DNA of 20,000 nucleotides from an uncultured virus (IMG/VR IMGVR_UViG_3300025084_000015) (IMGVR_UViG_3300025084_000015), one strand, 5' to 3'; counted from the first letter of the stretch, positions 6,644 through 15,739 are shown. Translations and numbers: made by a program. The notes: generated by a model from the letters alone, not told the origin.

Positions 6644-7702
6644 TTAGTCTTCCATCGCTATTGATAGTGCAGAGATAGCATCTCGAAGGTTGTCGAAATA
6701 TTCTACTCCTGAATCTTTGCCTCCATCAAACTTAATTTTTCCTTTATCAAAACTAAACTCGATTTTAGAGCCACCAAAATCTGCAACGTTACCTTTAACT
6801 TTTGCACCGTTTTTAGCTACAAATTTTAAAAGCTTAGAAATGTCTCCGCTCGAAGCTTCTTCAAGATCAGTTGATTCGTATACTTTGTACCCATCTTTTT
6901 TCAACTGTCCCGCTTCTTTATTTGTTGAAGGAACTAAAAATTTACCATCATCGCCCACAAATACTTGAGTTTTATATTTCTGCTTAGAAGCAGCACTCTT
7001 CGCGAGTTTAGGATCTGAAAATATAGATATATTAGAACTTGGTATTTTAGCTTCTTCAAGGTTAGACTCAACCATTTTGGCCCATCCTTTACCATATTTT
7101 TTAATAAGCTTTTGTCGAGCTACTTTTAGTTTTTGGCCATACGCAACGCTGACTTTTTCATCTTCGCTCCTGATAATTTCCTGTGCAATCTCAGCATCTT
7201 CAGGCGACATCTTAGCTTCTTCAAGATTTGCTGATTCTTTAATACCGTCTGCACGCCACCCATCATCATCCCAACCATCAGGATCAGCCAAAATGCGTTC
7301 TAGATCTTTCTTTTTACCAGTAAGTTGAACTTCTGGCATATCCTTCCCGCGTGGCTCGCCGAGGAGTTCCCCTTTAACACGATACTTTTTAAGAAGCTTA
7401 TTGAAATTACGAGAGAACAGATCTTTCTCATCATAAGAACCGGCCGGCCAACCGGCGCGCGACCCTCTTAAAAAAAACGGATCTGGAATCTCAACATTAA
7501 CAGTTGCTTCATCAAGATCAGTTGATTCTTCAACGACAGTTTCAGAGCTTGGAACTTGTTTATTGTAAATATCTGCGGTAATACCGGCTCTACGAACATC
7601 CAGAGCTTGATCCATTTTCTGCTTTATTGCGCTACCAAAATCTTCTTGTGAAGCCGTATCGGTAACAATACTTTTAAATAATTCTTTAGCAATATCACTC
7701 AT
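6644..7702 (-). CDS. gp67-like prohead core protein fused to four extra modules (putative protease-processed internal head polyprotein)
   Basis: Sits at the gp67/68 position between portal and protease. The N-terminal ~50 aa (F..AIKQKMDQALDVRR) resemble the small prohead core protein of marine T4-likes. Four repeated ES..L(D/E)EA linkers are present. Confidence 0.7.
   Translation of the reverse strand: MSDIAKELFKSIVTDTASQEDFGSAIKQKMDQALDVRRAGITADIYNKQVPSSETVVEESTDLDEATVNVEIPDPFFLRGSRAGWPAGSYDEKDLFSRNFNKLLKKYRVKGELLGEPRGKDMPEVQLTGKKKDLERILADPDGWDDDGWRADGIKESANLEEAKMSPEDAEIAQEIIRSEDEKVSVAYGQKLKVARQKLIKKYGKGWAKMVESNLEEAKIPSSNISIFSDPKLAKSAASKQKYKTQVFVGDDGKFLVPSTNKEAGQLKKDGYKVYESTDLEEASSGDISKLLKFVAKNGAKVKGNVADFGGSKIEFSFDKGKIKFDGGKDSGVEYFDNLRDAISALSIAMED
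6854..7528. repeat. Four dispersed 21-24 bp direct repeats encoding the ES(T/A)(D/N)L(D/E)EA linkers
   Basis: 6854-6877 agcttcttcaagatcagttgattc; 7049-7069 agcttcttcaaggttagactc; 7214-7237 agcttcttcaagatttgctgattc; 7505-7528 tgcttcatcaagatcagttgattc. Confidence 0.85.
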
Positions 7703-7713
7703 GTTATTAATAC

Positions 7714-7721
7714 TATTTATA
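7714..7721 (-). promoter_or_regulatory. T4 late promoter TATAAATA (gp67-like/gp21/gp22/gp23 operon)
   Basis: tatttata, intergenic, 11 nt upstream of the ATG at 7702. Confidence 0.85.
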
Positions 7722-7740
7722 ATTTTTTTGTTTTAGAGAT

Positions 7741-9252
7741 TTAAATATCTTCATCTTCAAATTCATCACCTTCATCTCCTGAACCTTCTTCTTCAATTTC
7801 TTTATCAAGACGCATAATATCTTCATCTGATTGTTTAAGTATGACTGTGCGTACATACTTATCAGAGATATACTTACCAACAATATCTTCAAGCATTTGT
7901 GACATTTCCAAACGTTCTCTAAGGATTTCAAATTCTTTTAGTTCAGCAAAATAGTTATCTTCAAGGAAGTTAATGTTAATAGATTCTTCAATGTCACCCC
8001 AATCTTTTTCAGTAATAACACCTTTAAGGATGAGCTGTATTCTCAAAGCGTCCATCAACATGAAAGAAAACTTCTTTCTTAAACGATCAATAAACTTTTG
8101 AAATTTGACTTCTTCCCTTGAAACTTCACTTGCACGTCCAACACTAAATGCTGTGTCTTGTTCTAACCTTGCAACGGGTACATTAAGAGCACGGTATAGT
8201 TTACGTTGGAAAAACTGTACGTCTTCAATCTGACCTAAGTTTTCTCCACCACCAAGTGTAGTAATCTCAGTTCCTCGTCCACCTTCTCGTCTAGGAAGAT
8301 AAAAATCTTCAAGCATTGACATGTGTCTACGATCATCGCTGATATTTCCGGTATTTGCATCATACACAAGCTTATTTCTATAACGAGAAACAACCTGCTG
8401 AACATATTCTTCAGCCTTACCTTTTGGAAGGTTACCAACATCAATATAAAAAATTCTTCTTTCCGGAGCTCGTGAAACACGATAAACAACCAAAGAATCT
8501 TCCATATAGCGAAGCTGATTAACAAGCTTCATCGCTTTATGAAGATGGCCAACTGTTCGTATTTTATCAGGATCCATTATTCCAGAATTAACTTGAATAA
8601 TTGCATCTGTTGCGAACCTAATTCCGTTTAATTTATCAACACCATTATTTCCGAGGTCAGGAGAATAGACGTAATATTCGTCTACAACCTTTTCATATTC
8701 TAATCCTGTGTTTTTATCAGTTTCTTGTTTTACTTCTTTAACTTTATTGATGTGTGTTGATTCAACAGGCCGAAGTTCTACAATACCTTTCTGAGGATTA
8801 TTAGGATCGATGATTACATTAAAGTATGCTTTACCATCAACATACCAATTACGAAAATACTCTGAGGCATTTCTATTAAATTTATAGAGTTTCAACACTC
8901 GGTTAAACTCATTAATTATTTGTTTCTTTACATTATTAGGTAGATCTAAATCGTGCATAGTCAAATCGACCGGAGCAGATTCTTCTGATGACGCAATAGC
9001 TCCATCTACAATGTCAGAAACAGCAGCATCACATTCAGGTTGCATCGCTGCTTCACGATATTTGCGAATTAGTTCGTGGTCTGAAACTGTATCGGTATTT
9101 GAAAGATCTACATACTGACCATAGTAGCCTCCTCCAACCGCCACCGTTGATGCAGATTCATCATTAGGTTTAGGAATAGGTGATACTGGTTCAACGGTTT
9201 GTTGTGCTGAAACCTTTTTGCTGATTTCAAATCCAAATAAATTTATCGCCAT
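7741..9252 (-). CDS. gp20: Portal vertex protein gp20
   Basis: 'LIRKYREAA..PECD.AV', 'YRVSRAPERRIFYIDVGNLPKGKAEEY', 'EDFYLPRREGGRGTEITTLGGGENLG'. Confidence 0.99.
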   Translation of the reverse strand: MAINLFGFEISKKVSAQQTVEPVSPIPKPNDESASTVAVGGGYYGQYVDLSNTDTVSDHELIRKYREAAMQPECDAAVSDIVDGAIASSEESAPVDLTMHDLDLPNNVKKQIINEFNRVLKLYKFNRNASEYFRNWYVDGKAYFNVIIDPNNPQKGIVELRPVESTHINKVKEVKQETDKNTGLEYEKVVDEYYVYSPDLGNNGVDKLNGIRFATDAIIQVNSGIMDPDKIRTVGHLHKAMKLVNQLRYMEDSLVVYRVSRAPERRIFYIDVGNLPKGKAEEYVQQVVSRYRNKLVYDANTGNISDDRRHMSMLEDFYLPRREGGRGTEITTLGGGENLGQIEDVQFFQRKLYRALNVPVARLEQDTAFSVGRASEVSREEVKFQKFIDRLRKKFSFMLMDALRIQLILKGVITEKDWGDIEESININFLEDNYFAELKEFEILRERLEMSQMLEDIVGKYISDKYVRTVILKQSDEDIMRLDKEIEEEGSGDEGDEFEDEDI

Positions 9253-9259
9253 AATATAT

Positions 9260-9267
9260 TATTTATA
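9260..9267 (-). promoter_or_regulatory. T4 late promoter TATAAATA (gp20)
   Basis: TATAAATA-ATATATT-ATG. Confidence 0.85.
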
Positions 9268-9269
9268 AT

Positions 9270-9303
9270 AAAAAAACTAGGGAGGGTTTGGACCTCCCTA
9301 GTT
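9270..9303 (-). terminator. Rho-independent terminator after gp19
   Basis: Minus strand AACTAGGGAGG-TCCAAAC-CCTCCCTAGTT-TTTTT: perfect 11-bp stem and U-tract. Confidence 0.9.
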
Positions 9304-9314
9304 CTATTGTTTTT

Positions 9315-9836
9315 TTAAGTTGTGGTGTTTGACTCCCAATACTGATATGCAAATTCAACTGTGAATTCTTCAATAGTATCGGCGGATTCGTTACTTACAT
9401 CAATTGCAGATACATTCACCGGCCAAGAGCCTCTGAAAACGTATGATTTGATTACGTTACCTTCTTTATCAAGCTGATCAACAGCAAGATCTGTTTGGTA
9501 ATCTGATGGGTTTGTTAAACCACCATTTGATGTGTGTGATCCAATGCCATTTTGCCAACGCTCCATAGCATCTCGGATTTCAAATCCTGTATCATTAATA
9601 ATTGTTACTGACCAGTTTTCGTATGTTCGATCACCGGCTATTTTCATTTGACGGCCGCGATATGGGACATCAATTTGACCAACAACGCTTGCAGGAAGTT
9701 GAGCTGCTTTACACATAAATTGCGCAAGCTCGCTATCTCCTCCAGCATAAGCGGGGAATGTGATGGTAGCCTTAAATAGGTTTGCTCTCGCACCTCCACC
9801 AATAAGCTTTGCTTTAAAATCGTCTACTGTTGCCAT
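9315..9836 (-). CDS. gp19: Tail tube protein gp19
   Basis: 'GGGARANLF', 'FMCKAAQLP', 'GRQMKIAGDRTYENWSVTIIND', 'IEEFTVEFAYQYW'. Confidence 0.98.
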   Translation of the reverse strand: MATVDDFKAKLIGGGARANLFKATITFPAYAGGDSELAQFMCKAAQLPASVVGQIDVPYRGRQMKIAGDRTYENWSVTIINDTGFEIRDAMERWQNGIGSHTSNGGLTNPSDYQTDLAVDQLDKEGNVIKSYVFRGSWPVNVSAIDVSNESADTIEEFTVEFAYQYWESNTTT

Positions 9837-9861
9837 AATTCTTTTTTCTATTTGTTATTTA

Positions 9862-11994
9862 TTAGTTTCCAGTTCCAACGATTTCAGAGAATTCAACCCC
9901 AGTTCTCGTAGCAATAAAGTTAAGAGTAATGAAGTTAATTGAGCGAGCAGGTTTAATGTAAATATCTGCAACAAACCTATTAGTATCAATAACTTCTCCG
10001 GTGTTGTTTGTTTCGTCACAAACAACTAAAAAGTCAGTAATACCTCGCCGTCCTTTAACATCCCTGAGGAATGGTTCTGTCATGTTTCTAAACATCGCTC
10101 TTGTAAACTCATCATTCAGCTCAAAGAGTTGGAATTTAGATGCTGTGGAGACTGCTTTTTGAAGAACAATAAACAATCTGCGAACATTAATACGATCAAA
10201 TGCAGATGGTTTACTTTGTGCAGTCTTATCGCCGAAAAGGAGAATTCCTTGTCCTGGTTCAGAAATAATTGGATTAATTCCTGCTTTATAGAGTTCGTCT
10301 CTCTCAGCTTTATTCGGGTTCCACTTAAGCTTAGTTACTCCAAGAAGGTTTCCTCGGTTATAACCAGCTGGCGAAAACCAAGGATCGTTAGTATCGTCAG
10401 TCCTTGCACAAAGACCAGCAATGTGACCATTTGCAGGAATGTAACGATAAGTATCATTATACTTATTATACACGTAAACTGCAGAAGAATCTTGTACAAC
10501 GTAAGAACTATTGTAATCAAGATTGACTTTAACCTCACCCGTACTATTAGATACTATATCTGGTGATAAAAACCCAACACAATCTTTACGCGCAGTGCCT
10601 GCAATACGCACTATTTCATTGTGAATTGAACTATCGCTGTCTACGCCTTCAGCAAAAAGAAGACTAATGTCAATCTTTTCAGGATTAGAGAACTCGCCAA
10701 GAGCAGTAATAATGTCACCTGCGTTTGGAGCACTAATTCCATCAGTTCCGTTAAATAGCTCATAGTCAAATAAATTATCATTTGAAACAGTAGCAACTGT
10801 AATCCTAAGAGATGCATCTGGACTATCATTAGCCCCCTGATAGTCATTACCTGTCCTCATAAGTTCTTCAGGTATAGTGATGATATTAGTAGCAGCAAAA
10901 CCAAATCCTCCATGTAAAAGAGTTACAGCTGCGATTGCAGTACCTTCTCGAGCACCACTAATAACAATTTGGAATTTAGCACCAACTCCGGTGCCAGTCT
11001 TTGTAACCCCAGCATCTTCTGAAGATACAATATATGTTCCATCTACAACGTCGTTCGGTGAATCAAAATTAAAGGCAGTAGGCGTCGCAATAGTTTTAAT
11101 AGAAGATCCAACAGCGACTGCTGAAGAACTAAATAAATTTCCTGTAGATGAAGCGTTTCCTGGCACAGCATAACTAACACCACTTACGTTAGATCTAAAT
11201 GAATTTTTAAACTCAGCTTCGTTAATAAAAATATACTCAGAATCTCTATTAATAACTGTTTTATAGTAATTTGTTCCGCCACCCTTGGAAGCATCTGAGT
11301 ATAAAGAAAGACCTTCAAATACTTCAAGAACTGTCCCTGGAACACCGGTAAATAAACCATCTTGGTCAACTACTACAGCATGAATTTCATCATTAGCACC
11401 AATGTCGCCCGATGTATCAGTATACCCTAAAGCTACATTTTTCGCAGCCCAATCAGTTGTTCCAGCTACACCATTTACGAGCGAATCGTATGCAGATTCA
11501 GAAAACTTCCCTACACTTTGGCTGGAAGTTGGTGCAAGAACTGGAGAAGCAAGGAAAACCTTAAGGCTGTTACCTTGTTTACCAGGACAACGAGCTTGAA
11601 CAACTCCTTCGTCTGCGCCAAAACTACCAAGTGTGTCAAAGTGTTCTTGGTTGTTAATTTTTACAACGCTTACTGATTCTCCGAAGCGGCCCCCTGCGGC
11701 GTTTCTAGCCGTAGATGAACATGCACGAGAAATTCGCAATGCGTTTCCGTATTTTAAAAAGCTAGAAGCCTGTAAAAAAGAAGTGTAATTATCATATGAA
11801 GCACCACCAATTGTATCATTGGGTGTTCCAAATTCTGCAGCAAGTTCCTTTTCAGAGGAAACTAGCTTAACTTCTTCTACAGGGCCCCAGCTGAAGTGAC
11901 CTGCGAAAGCACCGATCGATGTCGATACTGCGGGGATCACATTAGTCAAGTCTACTTCCTTGACTTCTACTCCGGGTGATACCTGAAATGCCAT
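9862..11994 (-). CDS. gp18: Contractile tail sheath protein gp18
   Basis: 'SPGVEVKEVDLT', 'FSWGP', 'PWFSPAGYNRG', 'FDRINVRRLF', 'IYIKPARSINFITLNF'; AAAGGA Shine-Dalgarno-like sequence upstream. Confidence 0.99.
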   Translation of the reverse strand: MAFQVSPGVEVKEVDLTNVIPAVSTSIGAFAGHFSWGPVEEVKLVSSEKELAAEFGTPNDTIGGASYDNYTSFLQASSFLKYGNALRISRACSSTARNAAGGRFGESVSVVKINNQEHFDTLGSFGADEGVVQARCPGKQGNSLKVFLASPVLAPTSSQSVGKFSESAYDSLVNGVAGTTDWAAKNVALGYTDTSGDIGANDEIHAVVVDQDGLFTGVPGTVLEVFEGLSLYSDASKGGGTNYYKTVINRDSEYIFINEAEFKNSFRSNVSGVSYAVPGNASSTGNLFSSSAVAVGSSIKTIATPTAFNFDSPNDVVDGTYIVSSEDAGVTKTGTGVGAKFQIVISGAREGTAIAAVTLLHGGFGFAATNIITIPEELMRTGNDYQGANDSPDASLRITVATVSNDNLFDYELFNGTDGISAPNAGDIITALGEFSNPEKIDISLLFAEGVDSDSSIHNEIVRIAGTARKDCVGFLSPDIVSNSTGEVKVNLDYNSSYVVQDSSAVYVYNKYNDTYRYIPANGHIAGLCARTDDTNDPWFSPAGYNRGNLLGVTKLKWNPNKAERDELYKAGINPIISEPGQGILLFGDKTAQSKPSAFDRINVRRLFIVLQKAVSTASKFQLFELNDEFTRAMFRNMTEPFLRDVKGRRGITDFLVVCDETNNTGEVIDTNRFVADIYIKPARSINFITLNFIATRTGVEFSEIVGTGN

Positions 11995-12059
11995 ATTAGT
12001 TTTTTCCTTTCAATGTGTTATTAATAAGTTTATTCATTACAAGATTGTTTCAATATTTC

Positions 12060-12067
12060 TATTTATA
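12060..12067 (-). promoter_or_regulatory. T4 late promoter TATAAATA (gp18-gp19)
   Basis: tatttata in the gp17-gp18 intergenic region, about 65 nt upstream of the gp18 ATG. Confidence 0.85.
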
Positions 12068-12078
12068 CTAAAATCTAT

Positions 12079-13671
12079 TTAGAGATCATGCCATGCCCTC
12101 ACCTCTTCTGCAATAGCTTCATGCTTATTTTGAAATTCTTGACCGTCAGTAATAATTCCAAACGGAGGAACATCGTTTTCTATTTGATCCATCTTTTCTC
12201 TAAACAACATTTCTTTTAAGTCAACAGTTGATATGTCACCAAATGCTTCAGAAGAAACAAACCATGCAAACATAACAAGATTCATAACTAAATCGTCATG
12301 GTTACCTGCAGATGCTTCATAAGACGCACCTTTAACTTCAAATGTTGAAAGCTCGTTAATAGTATTTTCATCAATGACTGATAGTTTACCGAGCTCAATT
12401 AAATCTTTTAAGTTTGAACAACCAATTCTTTTTATTTTTTTTGTCATCATAACACCGATGCCATTTTTACGAACGCTAGACTCAACAAACATATTTTCGT
12501 ATTCATGCTCATAATAAATGTCATTACAAACAACCATACCTGCATCGTTGTTTTCAACAATTAACATCGCTTCGTTGTATTCTCTACCTACTCTAACAAT
12601 AATATCACCAAAAATCATAGGCGATATCATGTTATCTCTATAAGTAGCCACCTGTTTAAAATGTCCAAAGGTGACGTCTATAACTGTAAATGTCGAATAA
12701 TCTTGACCGCGCCCTTTAGAAACGTCTACAGTTATAATATATTGGTGATCTAATTGTGGATCTTCGTAATACTTGACTCCTCTAAAACGTTTATCAGGCG
12801 TGTGCATTTGCAATCCTAGAAGAGCATTAGATGAAATGAGTGTATTTGATGTTCCAATAAAACTATTTCCAAATTCTTGTTCAAATTGTAATTCAGAAGT
12901 ATTAGCAATTGTCATTGCTTTCCACGCTTCATCCCTCCCAGGAACGTCATACCAGTCAACTCTAAAAGGTGAAAATTCGTTCTTCTTTTTCTGTGCGCCT
13001 TCCCACAATCCACAGAAAATGTTGCCAATACCATTAGCAGTGGAAGTAATAATTACTTTTGTTTCTTTACCAGCAGAAACAACAGGATATGTAGATGTAT
13101 AAAATTCGTTTGCATTTTCTACAAACGCAAACTCATCAAGAAAAAGAAGGTTAACAGACAATCCTCGAATAGAACTACCTGATGTGGCCGAAGCAACAAT
13201 TTTAGAATTATTTGAAAATTCAATTGATCCTTTATTAAGAGCTTTACAACCTGGTTGTAAAAAGAAAGGTAAGTTTTCTAGTGCAAGAGTAATACGACTT
13301 AGCATTTCTCTAGCAGTTGATCCTTTGTTTGCTAAAATTGCTACAGTCTTTTCTGAATTGAAAATTACATACCACAAAATGTAGATCACTGATGAAATAG
13401 ATTTTCCAGACTGCCGACATGCAAGAACTATATTAAACCGATTTTCGTTAAACTGTTTGAACATCTTTTTCTGATACTCATAAGGTTTAAATTGTACTAA
13501 TCCGTCATCGAGTGATATAACCTTTACATATTTTTCTGCAAAATGAATAGGATCATGCATGCACTTCATATATTCTTCAACCTCTTCGCTAGAGAATGAA
13601 GTTTGAAGTCCATCTTTTTTCACTAAAGGGTTACCCATGTAACCTTGTTTGCCATTTACTAAATCAGACAT
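12079..13671 (-). CDS. gp17: Terminase large subunit gp17
   Basis: Walker A 'RQSGKS', Walker B 'LLFLDEFAF', 'ITSTANG', nuclease motifs 'VDVSKGRGQDYS' and 'HDDLVM'; no intein or intron evident. Confidence 0.98.
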   Translation of the reverse strand: MSDLVNGKQGYMGNPLVKKDGLQTSFSSEEVEEYMKCMHDPIHFAEKYVKVISLDDGLVQFKPYEYQKKMFKQFNENRFNIVLACRQSGKSISSVIYILWYVIFNSEKTVAILANKGSTAREMLSRITLALENLPFFLQPGCKALNKGSIEFSNNSKIVASATSGSSIRGLSVNLLFLDEFAFVENANEFYTSTYPVVSAGKETKVIITSTANGIGNIFCGLWEGAQKKKNEFSPFRVDWYDVPGRDEAWKAMTIANTSELQFEQEFGNSFIGTSNTLISSNALLGLQMHTPDKRFRGVKYYEDPQLDHQYIITVDVSKGRGQDYSTFTVIDVTFGHFKQVATYRDNMISPMIFGDIIVRVGREYNEAMLIVENNDAGMVVCNDIYYEHEYENMFVESSVRKNGIGVMMTKKIKRIGCSNLKDLIELGKLSVIDENTINELSTFEVKGASYEASAGNHDDLVMNLVMFAWFVSSEAFGDISTVDLKEMLFREKMDQIENDVPPFGIITDGQEFQNKHEAIAEEVRAWHDL

Positions 13672-14062
13672 CTATTGGGCTATCTTCCTTTTTGCCTTTA
13701 AGAAACTTTTGCAATTCAGTAGTTGAACCTACAAAAATAGAATTGTTTGTAGTGCTGCTGGCAGGCGCATTTTTATCTTGAGTAATGTCCTTTCTTGTCT
13801 TCTGCAACTTAACTAAATCCTGAGTCATTTCGCTGGTGTGTTTTATCATTGTAGATAAAACTTCGAATGCTCTAGGATGTTCTGAATCAGAAGCTAAACA
13901 CATCATTTGGTTAATAGCTTCGCATGATTGATCAATAAGAGATTTCATCTTATCTCTTGAATACTCGATATCGGTCTCAGCATCATTAACAATCTGAGAT
14001 TTAGAAACTTCTGCTATTTCAAACTTTTCTTCTTCAATTTCACTATTTTCATCGTCATTCAT
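13664..14062 (-). CDS. gp16: Terminase small subunit gp16
   Basis: 'D.EYSR', 'SEHPRAFEV', 'NNSIFVGSTTELQKFLK'. Start at 14062 (8-nt overlap with the gp15 stop) is preferred over 14071. Confidence 0.93.
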   Translation of the reverse strand: MNDDENSEIEEEKFEIAEVSKSQIVNDAETDIEYSRDKMKSLIDQSCEAINQMMCLASDSEHPRAFEVLSTMIKHTSEMTQDLVKLQKTRKDITQDKNAPASSTTNNSIFVGSTTELQKFLKGKKEDSPIDV

Positions 14063-14831
14063 TATGATCAAAACCGTATGTTGTAGTTATCGTGTCACTG
14101 TTATCAAGAGGGTGAGAATCATTCGCGTCAACTTCCACTCTGACGTTGTCAATGCCATAAGGCAGATTTGTTTTTAAATTAGTGTTGACATCGTTGAATA
14201 AGAATGTATCAACAGTTCTAATAAGGCTTTCTTTCGAAACTCCTCCAGAAAATTTGACTTTAATTGTAAAATCTAATGAATACACTATTGCTCTTCGAGT
14301 TTCAAAGTCTCCTTCATAGTCATCATTAAATCCAACTGCATTAAGTATAATAGGTACATCAGTTTTTGTGCCTTCACCTTCTAAATCTTTTATTGTTACT
14401 GTATATTCTGGAGAAAACGTTGGAAGAATTTGTTCAACTATTTGTAAAGCTTCATCTTGGTTTAACGCGTAAATGTTTAATTGCATTCCTAAAATATAAG
14501 GAACACTTTGATAAACAATATTTGCATTTTTGTTATCTCCACTTATAGGAACATTCCTTTTGTTAAACTTATTGAGTTTAGTTTCATTGTCGTACTCCAT
14601 AGAAGTAAGCTCAAAACTTATTCTGGGAAGTTTAATAGCGATTGTTTCAGCCGTGGATCCTGATGTATCAGATTGAATACGAGCTAAAAATTTCTTTCTA
14701 GGACCGTAAGAAATAGGAACCTTTTCTTCAGTCGCCCCGGGTCTTAATATTTTTATATTGTTGAATATTGTACCAAAAACTGCAACAGTTTTTCTGACAG
14801 TTTTATTATAAAAGTGTGTTCCTGATAGCAT
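14055..14831 (-). CDS. gp15: Tail sheath stabilizer / tail terminator gp15
   Basis: 'HFYN..RK.VAVFG..FNNI', 'VPISYGPRKKFL', 'LPRISFE', 'EQILPTF.P', 'DDYEGDF'. Confidence 0.95.
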   Translation of the reverse strand: MLSGTHFYNKTVRKTVAVFGTIFNNIKILRPGATEEKVPISYGPRKKFLARIQSDTSGSTAETIAIKLPRISFELTSMEYDNETKLNKFNKRNVPISGDNKNANIVYQSVPYILGMQLNIYALNQDEALQIVEQILPTFSPEYTVTIKDLEGEGTKTDVPIILNAVGFNDDYEGDFETRRAIVYSLDFTIKVKFSGGVSKESLIRTVDTFLFNDVNTNLKTNLPYGIDNVRVEVDANDSHPLDNSDTITTTYGFDHNE

Positions 14832-14835
14832 ATGG

Positions 14836-15738
14836 CTAAGTAGTTATATTTGGCATACCAAAAGGATTAGTAATAGTAAAGTCAATAAATGAATTACCTT
14901 CTAATTCAAAATCCGGGTTATCGGCGTATGGATCGTTATCATCAATAGTATTAAAGGAATCAATTGTTGTAATTGCGTAAGAAGGATTAGGAGTGTTTTC
15001 TAATCCTATAACATTTCCCCAGCTTCCTTCGGTTTTAACAAATCCTGTATTAGTATTATCGTTTGCCCTTTGATTAATAACGTCGATATAGTTAGTTCCA
15101 ATATTGGCAACTTCTCCACTAATAATAGTTGTGCCATCAGTTTGTGTAACATCTTCACCAATTACAAATGTCCCGCTGCCACTTCCTAAGTTTAAGCGAG
15201 TGCGTATAGCAAAATTTAACTCGAATTTGTCTACCTCTGCAACTCCAGTATCAATCTCTTGATTGTTGTACTCAAATTGCTGACAAGCAAGTTTAAATGT
15301 AGGGATGTTCTGCAACTGATAAAAAGGAGTTTCGTCTTCAACATAATTAATTTCAAATAAACCATTAACAAGAGGAAAGAATATTAGGTCACCTTCTTGA
15401 GGACGAACCTCTGTTGGATCTTGAAAACGCGAAACTAGTTGTTGCCATCTCCTGTCCGAAACAATAAGATTTACACTATCTCGTATTTCTACACCAAACT
15501 TTGAAAGTAGGTCTCCCTCACCGCCAAATCCATCAGTGTTTTCAACATACATTTCAATCTGGTAAGCTTCACCAAATTTAGAAAGAGCATCTTCGTTAAA
15601 GATAGAATCAGTGTTTACGATACTCCTAGGAATATAGAAAACATCATGACCATAAATCTTAAGAGCTTCTATAGTGATGTCTTCATAAAGCCTCTTTTCA
15701 GAAGTTGCTCCTTGACTAAAATATACGTTCCTTGGCAT
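14836..15738 (-). CDS. gp14: Neck protein gp14
   Basis: 'E.LKIYGHDVFYIPR', 'LLSKFG', 'RPQEGDLIFFPL', 'PFYQL', C-terminal 'DF..NPFG'. Confidence 0.95.
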   Translation of the reverse strand: MPRNVYFSQGATSEKRLYEDITIEALKIYGHDVFYIPRSIVNTDSIFNEDALSKFGEAYQIEMYVENTDGFGGEGDLLSKFGVEIRDSVNLIVSDRRWQQLVSRFQDPTEVRPQEGDLIFFPLVNGLFEINYVEDETPFYQLQNIPTFKLACQQFEYNNQEIDTGVAEVDKFELNFAIRTRLNLGSGSGTFVIGEDVTQTDGTTIISGEVANIGTNYIDVINQRANDNTNTGFVKTEGSWGNVIGLENTPNPSYAITTIDSFNTIDDNDPYADNPDFELEGNSFIDFTITNPFGMPNITT

Positions 15739-15739
15739 T

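Noticed and set aside
4617..7328. Plus-strand and alternative-frame ORFs over gp22, gp21 and the gp67-like gene
   Set aside because: They are Ser/Phe/Leu-rich mirror translations of Glu/Lys-rich sense genes, with no promoters or motifs.
6854..7528. Linker repeats considered as a CRISPR-like array
   Set aside because: Spacing is long and irregular (about 145-270 nt), the repeats are degenerate and non-palindromic, they are in frame within a protein, and no cas genes are present.
9856..9863. AATAAATA upstream of gp19 as a late promoter
   Set aside because: It has one mismatch to consensus in AT-rich DNA, and gp19 can be co-transcribed from the gp18 promoter.
12079..13671. Intein, intron or homing endonuclease in terminase or other core genes
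   Set aside because: The ORFs are continuous and of normal length, with no splicing or endonuclease motifs seen.
7713..14548. Short alternative ORFs inside gp20, gp19, gp18, gp17, gp16 and gp15
   Set aside because: They are nested in well-conserved core genes with no supporting evidence.
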